Shown here piece by piece: positions 36,915-46,709 of a DNA stretch of 64,000 nt (its first letter is position 1; each line of letters starts with the position of its first letter). The notes beneath the pieces were generated by a model. That model made no database searches and was not told the DNA's origin. It saw only the letters and a program-made list of their open reading frames with translations. Position numbers and translations under genes: made by a program. This stretch comes from a virus (Duplodnaviria; Caudoviricetes), in IMG/VR virus record IMGVR_UViG_3300049198_000021, positions 32,001 through 96,000 of that record; one strand, 5' to 3'.

Positions 36915-38487
36915 TCTCGATCTCCAGATCGAACTTCTTGAACAAGTCGTTGAACAGGTCAACGATCTTCTCGAAGAGGTCTGGATCGAACTTGCCCGCG
37001 AAAGCTACCATGACTTCTACGAGTTCATGGAGCGGGAAAATCAGTATGAAATGAGCCCGCACCAGAAGCTGATCGGCGACCTTCTCATGTCGTCGGCCAG
37101 TAAGGAAACCATGCGGTTCATGCTTTCGCTCCCACCGGGCCACTGTAAGTCCACCCATTCGTCCCACTACTTCCCGGCGTGGTGGTTCGGTAAGATCGGG
37201 ACCAAGCAGCGCTTCCTTCAAGCAGGGCACAGTCAGGACTTCGTTGCCAAGGAAATCGGCGCGAAGGTCCGGCAAATAATCCAGTCCGAAGACTACCAAC
37301 GTATCTTCCCCGATGTCGTTATCAAGCACGACATGCGGGCGATGGACTATTGGGCTCTCACAAACGGACGCGGGAAATACGTGGGGAAAGGGGCCGGGCA
37401 GGGTATTTCCGGTTTCCGTGGAAACTACGGCATGGTCGATGACCCCTACAAAAGCCGCAAGGATGCTGAAAGCCCAACAATTCGCGACAGCGTTTTCAAA
37501 TGGTATTCCGATGACTTTTCAACGCGTTTGCTCCCCGGCAGCCCTTTAGGCATTATTATGACGCGGTGGCACTCTGATGACCTTTGCGGACGGATCACCG
37601 AACGCGAGGAAAAAGAGGCTCGCGAAGAGTCAGAAAAGTTGGAAGCATCACTATCGAAACAACTCGTTGAAAAACTTGAGGAACAGCAAGGAAACAACAA
37701 AAAATACCGATTTGAGATCATTAACCTTCCCGCAATTTGTGAAAGTGAAGACGATCCTCTAGGTCGGGCGGTCGGAGAAGCACTTTGGCCTGAGTTATTT
37801 ACGCTCGACGCGCTGGAAAATCTCAAAGCTGACATGACTCCTTCGTCATGGAACTCGCTCTACCAAGGGACCCCTATGGACGTGAGCGGGGGTGCCGTCG
37901 AATCGGCATGGTTCCAGCGCTACGACCGGGCTCCCAGCCGAGGCGACGCCGAGAAGGGATTGAAGAACGAAGTCCGGCGCTGCGTGGTTTCAGTGGACGC
38001 GGCCAACACCGCGAAGGAGCGATCCGACTTCACGGTCATCACGGTCTGGTATGAAGACTTCAACAAACGCCACTATCTGATCGACGTGATCCGGAAACAG
38101 ATGGAATTTACCGAAATGTCGGCCGAGATCGCCCGCGTCTGCAAGCGATACAACGCCGATGCGCTGCTGGTCGAAGCGAAGGGCAACGGCTTGGCCTACT
38201 GCCAGTTGAAGAAGGACGGCGGCGCTCCGGCTCCGCTGATCGCGATCGAAGTCGGTATCTCGACCAAGGAGTTCCGCTTCGACGAAGTGACTCCCATGAT
38301 CGAAGCCGGGTCTGTCTTCCTCCCGAACCAAGCCACATGGCTCGCCGACTACGAGAAGGAACTGGTCGCGTTCCCGAACGGCAAGCGAGATGACCAAGTG
38401 GACAGCACCTCGCAGTATCTGAAATGGGCGCGGCAGAAGGGCCGGCGCGGAACGAAAAAGCTGGGCGGCACCGGAAACCGGCGTTAA
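36754..38487 (+). CDS. terL: terminase large subunit (start may be GTG 36835)
   Basis: PPGHCKS Walker A, MVDDPYK Walker B, MTRWH coupling motif, nuclease VSVDAA...SDFT...DDQVDS. Confidence 0.95.
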   Translation: MQIKETRRERKTRLLSSSKSLTSLQRRVEEAIHQNTTLSDQDWHALVTLTQSTDLDLQIELLEQVVEQVNDLLEEVWIELARESYHDFYEFMERENQYEMSPHQKLIGDLLMSSASKETMRFMLSLPPGHCKSTHSSHYFPAWWFGKIGTKQRFLQAGHSQDFVAKEIGAKVRQIIQSEDYQRIFPDVVIKHDMRAMDYWALTNGRGKYVGKGAGQGISGFRGNYGMVDDPYKSRKDAESPTIRDSVFKWYSDDFSTRLLPGSPLGIIMTRWHSDDLCGRITEREEKEAREESEKLEASLSKQLVEKLEEQQGNNKKYRFEIINLPAICESEDDPLGRAVGEALWPELFTLDALENLKADMTPSSWNSLYQGTPMDVSGGAVESAWFQRYDRAPSRGDAEKGLKNEVRRCVVSVDAANTAKERSDFTVITVWYEDFNKRHYLIDVIRKQMEFTEMSAEIARVCKRYNADALLVEAKGNGLAYCQLKKDGGAPAPLIAIEVGISTKEFRFDEVTPMIEAGSVFLPNQATWLADYEKELVAFPNGKRDDQVDSTSQYLKWARQKGRRGTKKLGGTGNRR

Positions 38488-38680
38488 CCTTAACAAAGGC
38501 CAAATTTGGCCCGTTAACCATATTCGTTAAGGTTAACGGGCCACCTCAGGACCATTAACCATTTCCGTTAAGGTTAACGAAACGAGGATTCCGGCCGTTA
38601 ACCATATTCGTTAAGGTTAACGGATTCCCTCCACGCGTTAACCTTAACAAACTCCACCACTTCGTTAACCTTAACAGGGG
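38484..38680. repeat. dense cluster of GTTAAC / TTAACCTTAAC / TTAACCAT units
   Basis: More than 12 TTAA half-sites, including duplicated CGTTAACCATATTCGTTAAGGTTAAC. Confidence 0.8.
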
Positions 38681-38865
38681 ACCCATTGCTCCACGGCTCT
38701 GGGTCCCTTCGTTTGCGTCCAGCCGGGACCCGAGCCCACAGATCACCGGCCGGGACCCGAGCCCACAGATCACCGGCCGGGACCCTGACGCTCAGAACAC
38801 AGGCCGGGGTCCCTTTTTCTACGACCTCCGGGACCCTACGCGTCAGGCCATAGGCCGGGGTCTCG
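38677..38865. repeat. GGGACCC-containing tandem and inverted repeats
   Basis: CCGGGACCCGAGCCCACAGATCACCGG x2 plus further GGGACCC/GGGTCCC. Confidence 0.75.
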
Positions 38866-39254
38866 ATTTACGATTTCCTCCACCCCAGCACCAGCCGCTC
38901 AGACAGCCTTCAAGCCTGTTTGCTCCATATCTTGGGCACTAACCCCGATAAGGCTCAAGATAACGAGCAGTCGGCACCAGCCGAAGCTCACCGATCGCCG
39001 GCTCCCATCACGCCCAACTCCCACCACCCCAACCAGACGCCCCGCCGTAGAGCCGGATCGACCACTGACTCTTTTCGCGTTTTTACGATGAACTTTCGCG
39101 TTTTTACCGTGGAGTAAGTCGTTGATATATCTCATGGTAGCATCTAAACTTCCAGTCTACCCGATAAGCAAGTTAACTCAAGCCCTGCCGGCCGAGGTGG
39201 AGCCCGGATCGAGACCCGACAGTATGGATGACGGTCATTTTGACTACCAGCCGC

Positions 39255-39375
39255 CTAAACTTGCGAAAGAATCGCGTTTTGGAAGATAATTTTCGCCGAA
39301 AATCGGCTATAAATGCCTGAAAATGCTCATTTTTCGTTAAAATGTCGGTGAAAATCGACCGATTCAGCCAAAATG
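39255..39375. other. helically phased A/T tracts (predicted bent DNA)
   Basis: Tracts at about 39257, 39266, 39277, 39289, 39299, 39311, 39320, 39330, 39339, 39351 (about 10.4-bp period). Confidence 0.6.
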
Positions 39376-39504
39376 GCGGTGAATCCAAGCCGTTTTAATC
39401 CCGCTCAGCGACATTCTGGCTGATCCAGTGATCACCGAGCCCGGCTAAGCCTGTTGGACGCTCCAGCGGCTCCCAGCTTCGGCTCAGCCATGATCGATCG
39501 ACTT

Positions 39505-39667
39505 TATGGATCGAGGCCATTTTGCTTTCGTATGGATCGAGGCCATTTTATGGATCGATCTCGTTTTATGGATCGAGGTCATTTTGCCTTGCTATGGATC
39601 GAGGTCATTTTGCCGGCCGTATGGATCGAGGCCATTTTGCCCTGCTATGGATCGAGGCCATTTTGCC
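39505..39667 (+). repeat. tandem repeat TATGGATCGAGGYCATTTTGC x7
   Basis: Seen directly; one copy is degenerate; 0-6-bp linkers. Confidence 0.9.
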
Positions 39668-40058
39668 TACGCGGCGCGTGACCCCTCCCGGAGGCCCCTT
39701 CCGCGCCGGTCCCGGTAAGGTTAACGGCCCATTAACCTTTCTCCACCAGTAAGGTTAACGAAATCGGTCAATTTGTTAAGGTTAACAGCGCGTTAAGGTT
39801 AACAAACCCCTAATTTACTGCTCGTTAACCTTAACGAATATGGTTAACGGGCCATTAACCATGTTTGTTAACGTTAACGACTCGTTAAGGTTAATATGCG
39901 GAGCGATTTCGTTAAGGTTAACAGATTCGGGGCATCCGTTAACGTTAACGAGGTCTCCCCTCCCCGTTAACCATTGATCTGGAAAAAGTGCTTGACCGAA
40001 TCGGTTGCTTCTGCGACTCAGGATGCACGGCGAATCACCGCCGCTTGGAGACGACCTA

Positions 40059-40304
40059 ATGCCTTTGAAACCCGCCGCCGCTCTCAGCAAGGATAAGCTG
40101 GGCGCAAGCCACCCCGCCGCCCTCCAGCACCGGCACTTCGCCGTCATCGCTGGAATCCTCGCCAACCTCGACCGGGACAGCCTCGGCTTGACGCAAGGGC
40201 AGCACCTCAACATCTGCCAAGACTTCGCGTCCGAACTCTCCGGAACAAACCCGAAATTCGACGAGCGTCGATTCATGGTCGCTTGCGGGTTCGCGGCCCC
40301 CTGA
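40059..40304 (+). CDS. cassette gene, hypothetical
   Basis: GGAGA RBS; HF..IA...NPKFDERRFMVAC. Confidence 0.75.
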   Translation: MPLKPAAALSKDKLGASHPAALQHRHFAVIAGILANLDRDSLGLTQGQHLNICQDFASELSGTNPKFDERRFMVACGFAAP

Positions 40305-40402
40305 TGGGGTGTCTCGACGCTATCGCCCGGTTCTTTCTGGGCGTCTTTCTGTTGATCCTTGCAACTGGGCTGGCCGCGTGCCAGCCCCTTTTCTTACGGT
40401 AA
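40304..40402 (+). CDS. 32-aa lipobox micro-peptide
   Basis: MGCLDAIARFFLGVFLLILATGLAACQPLFLR; TGATG coupling; two paralogues. Confidence 0.55.
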   Translation: MGCLDAIARFFLGVFLLILATGLAACQPLFLR

Positions 40403-40568
40403 CCAGCCGTTAAGGTTAACGCGGCGGGTAATTCGTTAAGGTTAACGCGGCGGGGTAATTCGTTAAGGTTAACGCGCCGGTTGAAATCGTTAACCATCAA
40501 AGTGGAAAAGTGCTTGACCGAATCGGTTGGACCACCTAGACCCGAATCACCAACAACGGAGACAGACC
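40399..40568 (+). promoter_or_regulatory. representative cassette promoter: GTAA-N7-TTAA, TTAACCAT, A-tract, TTGACC-N17-TAGACC, two GANTC, RBS
   Basis: Direct reading; 17-bp spacer GAATCGGTTGGACCACC. Confidence 0.85.
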
Positions 40569-40820
40569 ATGAAACTGCAAGAAATTAGCACCACCGAGGT
40601 GGATGAATCGTGCCTCGACGACGACGGGAAGGTTCCTTACATCGCCTTGCATTGTGCAGCGACGGAAGCTGACGCGGCGTTCGTTATCGCACAAACGACC
40701 GACGGCTACGACGGACGCAGCGATTGGCGCTGGATTCGCCTCCCGAACGGCGATCTGATCCTTGGCGTGTTCCCGCAAGGCGACACCTATCTGCAATTCG
40801 CCGACACCATTGGCATTTAA
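40569..40820 (+). CDS. cassette gene, acidic hypothetical
   Basis: Module RBS. Confidence 0.75.
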   Translation: MKLQEISTTEVDESCLDDDGKVPYIALHCAATEADAAFVIAQTTDGYDGRSDWRWIRLPNGDLILGVFPQGDTYLQFADTIGI

Positions 40821-40834
40821 GGGGAGGCAAGTAA

Positions 40835-41203
40835 ATGAACCGCTATTTTTACGACCCGGCGACCGCCTCGTGGGGCTCGGCTGACGACCTCGAAATCTTC
40901 GAACTCGACGACCAGAACATGGACGCCGACGAAATCGAACAGGCGCTGTGCGACGCCTCGCACGTCGGGGCCGGGCTCGGCCTGAAATACCTGCTCGACC
41001 GCCGGGCCAAGAATGAGCCCTACCGCCGGGAGAACATCGGGATTCGCGCCGTGAAGGACAACGGCAAGACCGAATGGGAAGTGGTGGAGGACGACGCCGA
41101 CGCCGACGCCTTCGAACTTTACCGGCATGACACCGGGACGCTTGTCGAAGTTTGCGCCACCCGCGAAGACGCTACCGAATACTGGGAAGCGATCACCACC
41201 TAA
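40835..41203 (+). CDS. cassette gene, acidic hypothetical
   Basis: GGAGG RBS. Confidence 0.75.
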   Translation: MNRYFYDPATASWGSADDLEIFELDDQNMDADEIEQALCDASHVGAGLGLKYLLDRRAKNEPYRRENIGIRAVKDNGKTEWEVVEDDADADAFELYRHDTGTLVEVCATREDATEYWEAITT

Positions 41204-41208
41204 GGATT

Positions 41209-41234
41209 GGCGGGCTTCGGCCCGCCTTTCTTTT
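41209..41234 (+). terminator. intrinsic terminator (representative; similar hairpins close most cassettes)
   Basis: GGCGGGC-TTCG-GCCCGCC followed by TTTCTTTT. Confidence 0.85.
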
Positions 41235-41464
41235 ACCGGTAACTATTCGTTAAGGTTAACAGATTGGCTTTAGACGTTAACCATTAAAGTGGAAAAATTA
41301 GTCGAAATAGTGCTTGACCGAATCAGCGAATCATCCTAGACCAAATATCGGAATGACCCCTCCGGCGGGCCGCTCGATGACGGGGCGGATGGGGAGGAGG
41401 CGATGGGATAATCCGAAAGGATGAAGCCCACGTTAGCCCGCCAAATTGTAACAGGAGACAGACC

Positions 41465-41842
41465 ATGCAAACCATCTGGCAATTCGAAACCAAGAACTTC
41501 ACCGTCCGAATGTCTTGCGACTACGATCAGGACACCACAGACCTTTCGTGGGATGACACCGGCGAAGTCGCTGAAAAGCTGGCAAGCGGTGAATGGGCCT
41601 GCTATACCTTCCACGCCGAAGTTATCGAAAACTCCACCGTTAACACCATCGGGGAAGACTACCTCGGCGGTTCTATCTATGCCAACCCGGAAGACTTCCG
41701 GGACCATGTGGGGCTCGCAATCAAGAGCCGCGAAGATGGGCGCAACTATGGCAGCTACTTCACGGACATGATCCGCGAAGCGATCCGCGAGGCTCGCAAG
41801 ACCTACGCCGAACAGCGCCCGCGCCTTCGCGTTCCAGCCTAA
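41465..41842 (+). CDS. cassette gene, hypothetical
   Basis: Module RBS. Confidence 0.8.
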   Translation: MQTIWQFETKNFTVRMSCDYDQDTTDLSWDDTGEVAEKLASGEWACYTFHAEVIENSTVNTIGEDYLGGSIYANPEDFRDHVGLAIKSREDGRNYGSYFTDMIREAIREARKTYAEQRPRLRVPA

Positions 41843-42023
41843 GGGAGAGGGGCCTAGCGCCCCTCTTTCTTCGCCGGTAACTATTCGTTAAGGTTAACGC
41901 ATCGGGGTAATTCGTTAACCATCAAAGTGGAAAAAGTGCTTGACCGAATCACTTGAGACACCTAGAAACGAATCAGCAATGCAGGGAGCGACTCGCACCG
42001 GGCAGCTACAACGGAGATAGGCC

Positions 42024-42413
42024 ATGCCGCAAATTTTGATCGAATACACGAAGACGGAAGTCACCCGCGAACGGGTGTGGATCGAAGCCGACTCGCCCGC
42101 TGAGGCGTTGCGGGTTGTCGAGGAATATGAATTTGACAATTCGGACGCCTACGAAGTCGATTCGCTGCGCTGGGAAATCAGCGATGCTTCTGTGCATGAG
42201 GTGGAGCCCGTGGAAGTGGAAGTGCTTGTGCGCCTCCCCGTCGCCATCACATGCGAGCGCGACAACGTGGAGACCGTGGTCCACCGCGTGGCGACCGTCG
42301 CCGAAGCCGAAGAGTGGATTGCCGTGGGTCTTGCCGACGGGTTCCTTGACGAAGACGACGTGGAACAGGGCACCTACGGAATCGATGCCCCTGAGGAGAT
42401 GATAAACCCATGA
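42024..42413 (+). CDS. cassette gene, very acidic
   Basis: Module RBS. Confidence 0.75.
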   Translation: MPQILIEYTKTEVTRERVWIEADSPAEALRVVEEYEFDNSDAYEVDSLRWEISDASVHEVEPVEVEVLVRLPVAITCERDNVETVVHRVATVAEAEEWIAVGLADGFLDEDDVEQGTYGIDAPEEMINP

Positions 42414-42670
42414 CCATCATGCGCCCATTCGTGAACATAAACGGCACCAGCCGGGCCGCTCTTGTCGATCAGCGCCGCGCCGCGATGGAAGCCGTCCGGC
42501 TTGCCATGACGGCCCTGCAAGAGACCTGCCCGCATGGCCGCGACTACATCGGCGATCCGGCCCGCTTCGACCATGACCGGGGCGTCTATAACCGGCGGTT
42601 CGCCAAGCTGGACGAATTGCACAACGACTTGCTGGACGAAGCGTTAGCGATTCAGAATGGAGGGGCTTAG
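42410..42670 (+). CDS. cassette gene, hypothetical
   Basis: ATGA coupling; NGTS...PHGRDY. Confidence 0.75.
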   Translation: MTIMRPFVNINGTSRAALVDQRRAAMEAVRLAMTALQETCPHGRDYIGDPARFDHDRGVYNRRFAKLDELHNDLLDEALAIQNGGA

Positions 42671-42804
42671 GCCCCTCTATTTTTACCAGTAACTCGGCGT
42701 TAAGGTTAACACCACAGAGATCGGCCTTAACCATTAAAGTGGAAAAAGTGTTTGACCGAATCGCTTGTTTGTCATAGAACGAATCATCACAACGGAGACA
42801 GACC

Positions 42805-43134
42805 ATGAAAGACTTGCTTGACCGCTGCCTCGCCCGTCCGGGTAAAAACTTCGGAGCGGGCTATGGCTTCGCCCTCGCCTATCTGGACGACAAGATGAAC
42901 CCCGCTCACTTGCGGGACGCCGCTTGTCACATGGTCGGCAAGGCATACGGTCCCCACGGCTGGGCCGCTGCCCGTAAGAGCCCTGATCTGGCGTCATTCG
43001 TGCTGGCATACAGCGAAGCGGAATGCTTCGAAGACTTCGCAATCGAAGCGGCACAACTGCTGCTGGAATGGGGAATGCGTGGCGATCCGGACGCCGCCGC
43101 CGCGCTTCGCCTTTGCGGCCATCCGGGTTATTGA
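42805..43134 (+). CDS. cassette gene, hypothetical
   Basis: Module RBS. Confidence 0.75.
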   Translation: MKDLLDRCLARPGKNFGAGYGFALAYLDDKMNPAHLRDAACHMVGKAYGPHGWAAARKSPDLASFVLAYSEAECFEDFAIEAAQLLLEWGMRGDPDAAAALRLCGHPGY

Positions 43135-43281
43135 GGGAGGGGCTTCGGCCCCTTTCTTTTTATTCCTAACACATCGTTAAGGTTAACGCGCCGCCATTCT
43201 CCGTTAACCACTGGGATGGAGAAAGTGCTTGCTCGAATCACTTGATTGGTCTAGGGTGAAACTATCAAGAGGAGATTGCCC

Positions 43282-43515
43282 ATGAAAAACTTGCTCAAGG
43301 AATACCACCAAGCTGCTGACAGGGAAATCCAACGCTGGCCCGGCGTTGCGATTATCGAACGCAGGATCGGCAAACACGCCCGGCTGAGTCTGGAGTTTCA
43401 GGGCCGCAGGCGCTTTGTGATTCACCCGGCCTCACCCAGCGACGTTCGGGGAGTCCATCGCCACGTTCAGGATATTAAGCGCGTCCTGACTGAATTAGGT
43501 GCGAACCGGGTCTAA
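43282..43515 (+). CDS. cassette gene, possible HicA-like fold
   Basis: GKHARL...SPSDVRG...IKR pattern; AGGAG RBS. Confidence 0.5.
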   Translation: MKNLLKEYHQAADREIQRWPGVAIIERRIGKHARLSLEFQGRRRFVIHPASPSDVRGVHRHVQDIKRVLTELGANRV

Positions 43516-43597
43516 AAATAAGTGGAAAAAGTGATTGACCGAATCACTCTAACCGCCTAGACACGAATCACCGCAATCAAGCGGACGGAGACAGACT

Positions 43598-43954
43598 ATG
43601 AAAAACCTCGAAACCCGTATGAATAAGGGCCGGGACGGCTGGCAGGCAAAGACGGAAATCCCTCTCGAAGGGATCAGCATCACGGACGGCGACAAGGTGA
43701 AGCCGGCGATCCTGACGATCAGCACCCGCAAGCATTCGCGTGGCGGCCTCTCCACCGGTTGCAGCGTCGCCTTCCGCGACGGTAACTTCATGACGCACCG
43801 CGTCTATACCGACTTCAACGTCGCCTATACCCGCGACCCGAACGCTCGCTGCACCGAAAAGGCAATCGAGCGGATGCACTCCGAGGCGCTGGCGGACATT
43901 GCCACGATCGAATCAGCGGTTCGCGACCACTACGCCGCGCTCGAAGCGGAATAA
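43598..43954 (+). CDS. cassette gene (paralogue of 44115-44510)
   Basis: W.A.T..PL...ST.K.SRG.L...R.TEK.....H.E.L. Confidence 0.8.
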   Translation: MKNLETRMNKGRDGWQAKTEIPLEGISITDGDKVKPAILTISTRKHSRGGLSTGCSVAFRDGNFMTHRVYTDFNVAYTRDPNARCTEKAIERMHSEALADIATIESAVRDHYAALEAE

Positions 43955-44114
43955 GGGAAGGCGGGGAAACCCGCCTTTTCTTTTGCCCTTAGCCCGGTGT
44001 TAACCTTAACAAATCGGCCGCATTCGTTAACCATCAAAGTGGAAAAAGTGCTTGACCGAATCGCTTGTTCAACCTAGACACGAATCACCGCAATCAAGCG
44101 GACGGAGACAGACT

Positions 44115-44510
44115 ATGAACGAGACCACCGTCAAAAAAGACCACTGGGGTAAGTGGATTGCTGAAACCCGCACCCCGCTTCCCGGCATTCGCAGCATGAG
44201 CGCCACGAACAACGAAGAGCGCAACGAACCCGCCGCCTTGCTTGTCAGCACCTACAAGGACTCGCGTGGCGATCTGGTCAGCAACGCAATCGTGATCTTC
44301 ATCACGGACAGCGGCCACCGCACCGCAATCGGCGGCCCGACCGGCGACTACAGCCGCACCATCCGCCGCGAACGCGGCGCACGCGTCACCGAGAAGAAGC
44401 TTCGCAGCTATCACGCCGAATCGCTCGGCTATATCCCGCAGGTCGTCGCTGATCTGGCGAACCACTACAATCAGGGCGACCCGCTCGCCGAACGGGCGAA
44501 GGCGGCCTAA
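44115..44510 (+). CDS. cassette gene (paralogue of 43598-43954)
   Basis: Same motifs; identical leader. Confidence 0.8.
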   Translation: MNETTVKKDHWGKWIAETRTPLPGIRSMSATNNEERNEPAALLVSTYKDSRGDLVSNAIVIFITDSGHRTAIGGPTGDYSRTIRRERGARVTEKKLRSYHAESLGYIPQVVADLANHYNQGDPLAERAKAA

Positions 44511-44674
44511 AAAGACTGGCGGGCTCCGGCCCGCCTTTCTTTTGCCGGTAACCAACCGTTAAGGTTAACGCGACGAGATAATTAGTTAACCATTAAAGTG
44601 GAAAAAGTGCTTGACCGAATCAGCGAGTCACCTTATCAACGAATCACCGCAATCAAGCGGACGGAGACAAGACC

Positions 44675-45025
44675 ATGTGCAACATCGGCGGGCAGATTGG
44701 CCCCTTCATGTATAACCCGGCCTGCAAGCCGGTTGAACGCAAGGTCGGCAAGGTGACGTTCCTTGTCGGCATCGCGACCGCCTACAACGCGTTCGGCCTG
44801 ATTGGCACCGAACACAACGGCATCTTCATTCTCGACGACACGAACATGACCGTCGTCATGGACCGTCACAGCGAAGGCTCGGCTGGTGGCTTCGGCCCCT
44901 ACGGCTCGCAAGTCGCTGAGCGTGACCGCCTGCTCGCCCTGAGCGACGCGGACTTCCTCGCCTTCATTCGCAGCAACCCCCGCTTCCGTGGTGTGGACCT
45001 ACCGAACGTGGGGAAGGCCGCATGA
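44675..45025 (+). CDS. cassette gene, hypothetical
   Basis: Module RBS. Confidence 0.75.
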   Translation: MCNIGGQIGPFMYNPACKPVERKVGKVTFLVGIATAYNAFGLIGTEHNGIFILDDTNMTVVMDRHSEGSAGGFGPYGSQVAERDRLLALSDADFLAFIRSNPRFRGVDLPNVGKAA

Positions 45026-45324
45026 TCGACCGGGACAAGTTTCTCGCCATGCTCGACACACTGGAGTGTCGCGGCCTCATCAACGCACCAACAGCCTATT
45101 CAGGACGGGGAATGTATGGAAAGCGTTGCATCGCCCTGACTGGGGATTCGGTCAGCGAATGGGGCCTCGCAATCCAAATGGCGGCCATTGCCGACGAATA
45201 CGACGTGACGCCCTACGACCTGCCTGAGCCCTCGACCGATTCGATGGGACGGGGCATCGTCCTCTATTGGCGGGGCCTCGAATGGCCGGAAGACCGCCGC
45301 GATCCGGACGAAGACGAATACTAA
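45022..45324 (+). CDS. cassette gene, hypothetical
   Basis: YSGRGMYGKRC...DSMGRG; ATGA coupling. Confidence 0.75.
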   Translation: MIDRDKFLAMLDTLECRGLINAPTAYSGRGMYGKRCIALTGDSVSEWGLAIQMAAIADEYDVTPYDLPEPSTDSMGRGIVLYWRGLEWPEDRRDPDEDEY

Positions 45325-45474
45325 GGGAAGGCGGGGCAACCCGCCTTTTCTTTTGCCCTTAGCCCGGTGTTAACCTTAACAAATCGGATCAAGTAGTTAA
45401 CCATCAAAGTGGAAAAAGTGCTTGACCGAATCGCTTGTGCAACCTAGAACCGAATCACCAACAGGAGACAGACC

Positions 45475-45783
45475 ATGCGAATCAGTCACATTGAAATGAC
45501 CATCACCCTCGAAGACGGCCAGACCGTGCAGGGCCTTATCAGCCCGGAAGGCGAATCGCGCTGGGGCAATGACATTCCCCACCTCGCCGCCGCCGTGATA
45601 CCCATGGAAGCCATGGCCGCCGCCTTGCAGGAAAACGACGCGTGGGAACGCGAAGAAGAAGACGAAGACGAATACCACGGCGAATGCGGCCAGTGCGAAG
45701 GCACCGGCACAATCGAAGGCGGGCTTGGCGGTGATGGGGACGACGAAGAATGCCCTGTCTGTGACGGAAGCGGGGAACTCTGA
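45475..45783 (+). CDS. acidic protein with DnaJ-type CxxCxGxG zinc finger
   Basis: CGQCEGTG...CPVCDGSG. Confidence 0.75.
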   Translation: MRISHIEMTITLEDGQTVQGLISPEGESRWGNDIPHLAAAVIPMEAMAAALQENDAWEREEEDEDEYHGECGQCEGTGTIEGGLGGDGDDEECPVCDGSGEL

Positions 45784-46025
45784 TGCACAAGACCCCGCCC
45801 GCAATCGACACCAGCGTTACCGTCCAACTCTGGACGCCCGGCGGCTTGATTGTCAGCATCCCCGCCGGGTTCATTACGTCCGATCCCGTCCGGGCTTCGC
45901 TCGACAAGCGGACGCAAGAAGGCGACACACACGCGGCAATCACCATGGCCCGGCACACCGGCCTAGACGTAACCATCCGCCGGGAAACCCAGACCACCGT
46001 TCGCGCCTCCGATCTGGAGGCGTGA
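45783..46025 (+). CDS. cassette gene, hypothetical
   Basis: TGATG coupling. Confidence 0.6.
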   Translation: MHKTPPAIDTSVTVQLWTPGGLIVSIPAGFITSDPVRASLDKRTQEGDTHAAITMARHTGLDVTIRRETQTTVRASDLEA

Positions 46026-46151
46026 GCGCCCGTTTACCAGCCGTTAACCTTAACAAATTGAACTAACTTGTTAACCGCTGATCTGGAAAAAGTGCTTGAC
46101 CAAATGCAACGGCTCGCCTAGAAACGAATCAGTTGAAACGGAGACAAGACC

Positions 46152-46709
46152 ATGTTTGATGCACTCGACCAGAAGACTTTCATCCTTTGCGGGCTCGCAA
46201 TCGAAGCGGCGGCGGATGACGACGAATCAATCGACAAGCGCGACCCGTCAAAGCTGGAATATCAGCGCGGCTCCGAAGTCACCGGGGTGGCATGGCTGAG
46301 CGGCTATGACTCACGGGGTGACGCCCCGCCTTGCCTGCAAAAGGTGATCGACTCGCACTATGACGCGCAAAACGCCGAATGGAAGCGGCAATATCCGGAC
46401 CGCCCCGATCTGCACCTTTGCGTGGATTATGCCGACGCCCTCCCCTACGCTGGGGAAGCTGAGGAATGGCTGGACGCCGTGCTGAGCGGCCCGGACGGGC
46501 GCGGGGAAGCCGCCTATCTGCAAATCGAAGTCACTTTCGACGACGATACGGTTCAATGGTGGGCGCGCTTTACCGATGAAATCAACGCCCCGCTATCCGA
46601 AGGCGGGCGCGGCGAAATGGACGCCGAAGCGTTCCTTGCGCTGGACGACGACGCGCTGGAAACGCTCGCAAAGGAGATTGCCGAGTCGGCTTATGACTAC
46701 GGCGCTTGA
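46152..46709 (+). CDS. cassette gene, acidic
   Basis: Module RBS. Confidence 0.8.
   Translation: MFDALDQKTFILCGLAIEAAADDDESIDKRDPSKLEYQRGSEVTGVAWLSGYDSRGDAPPCLQKVIDSHYDAQNAEWKRQYPDRPDLHLCVDYADALPYAGEAEEWLDAVLSGPDGRGEAAYLQIEVTFDDDTVQWWARFTDEINAPLSEGGRGEMDAEAFLALDDDALETLAKEIAESAYDYGA

Noticed and set aside
39505-39667. CRISPR array
   Set aside because: Linkers are only 0-6 bp, there are no unique spacers and no cas genes
38555-39752. ORFs across the repeat region (e.g. 39454-39681, 39506-39718)
   Set aside because: Translations of tandem repeats with no RBS
41340-41460. Known riboswitch or hammerhead ribozyme
   Set aside because: No CUGANGA core or full match to riboswitch consensus sequences I recall; kept only as an unassigned structure
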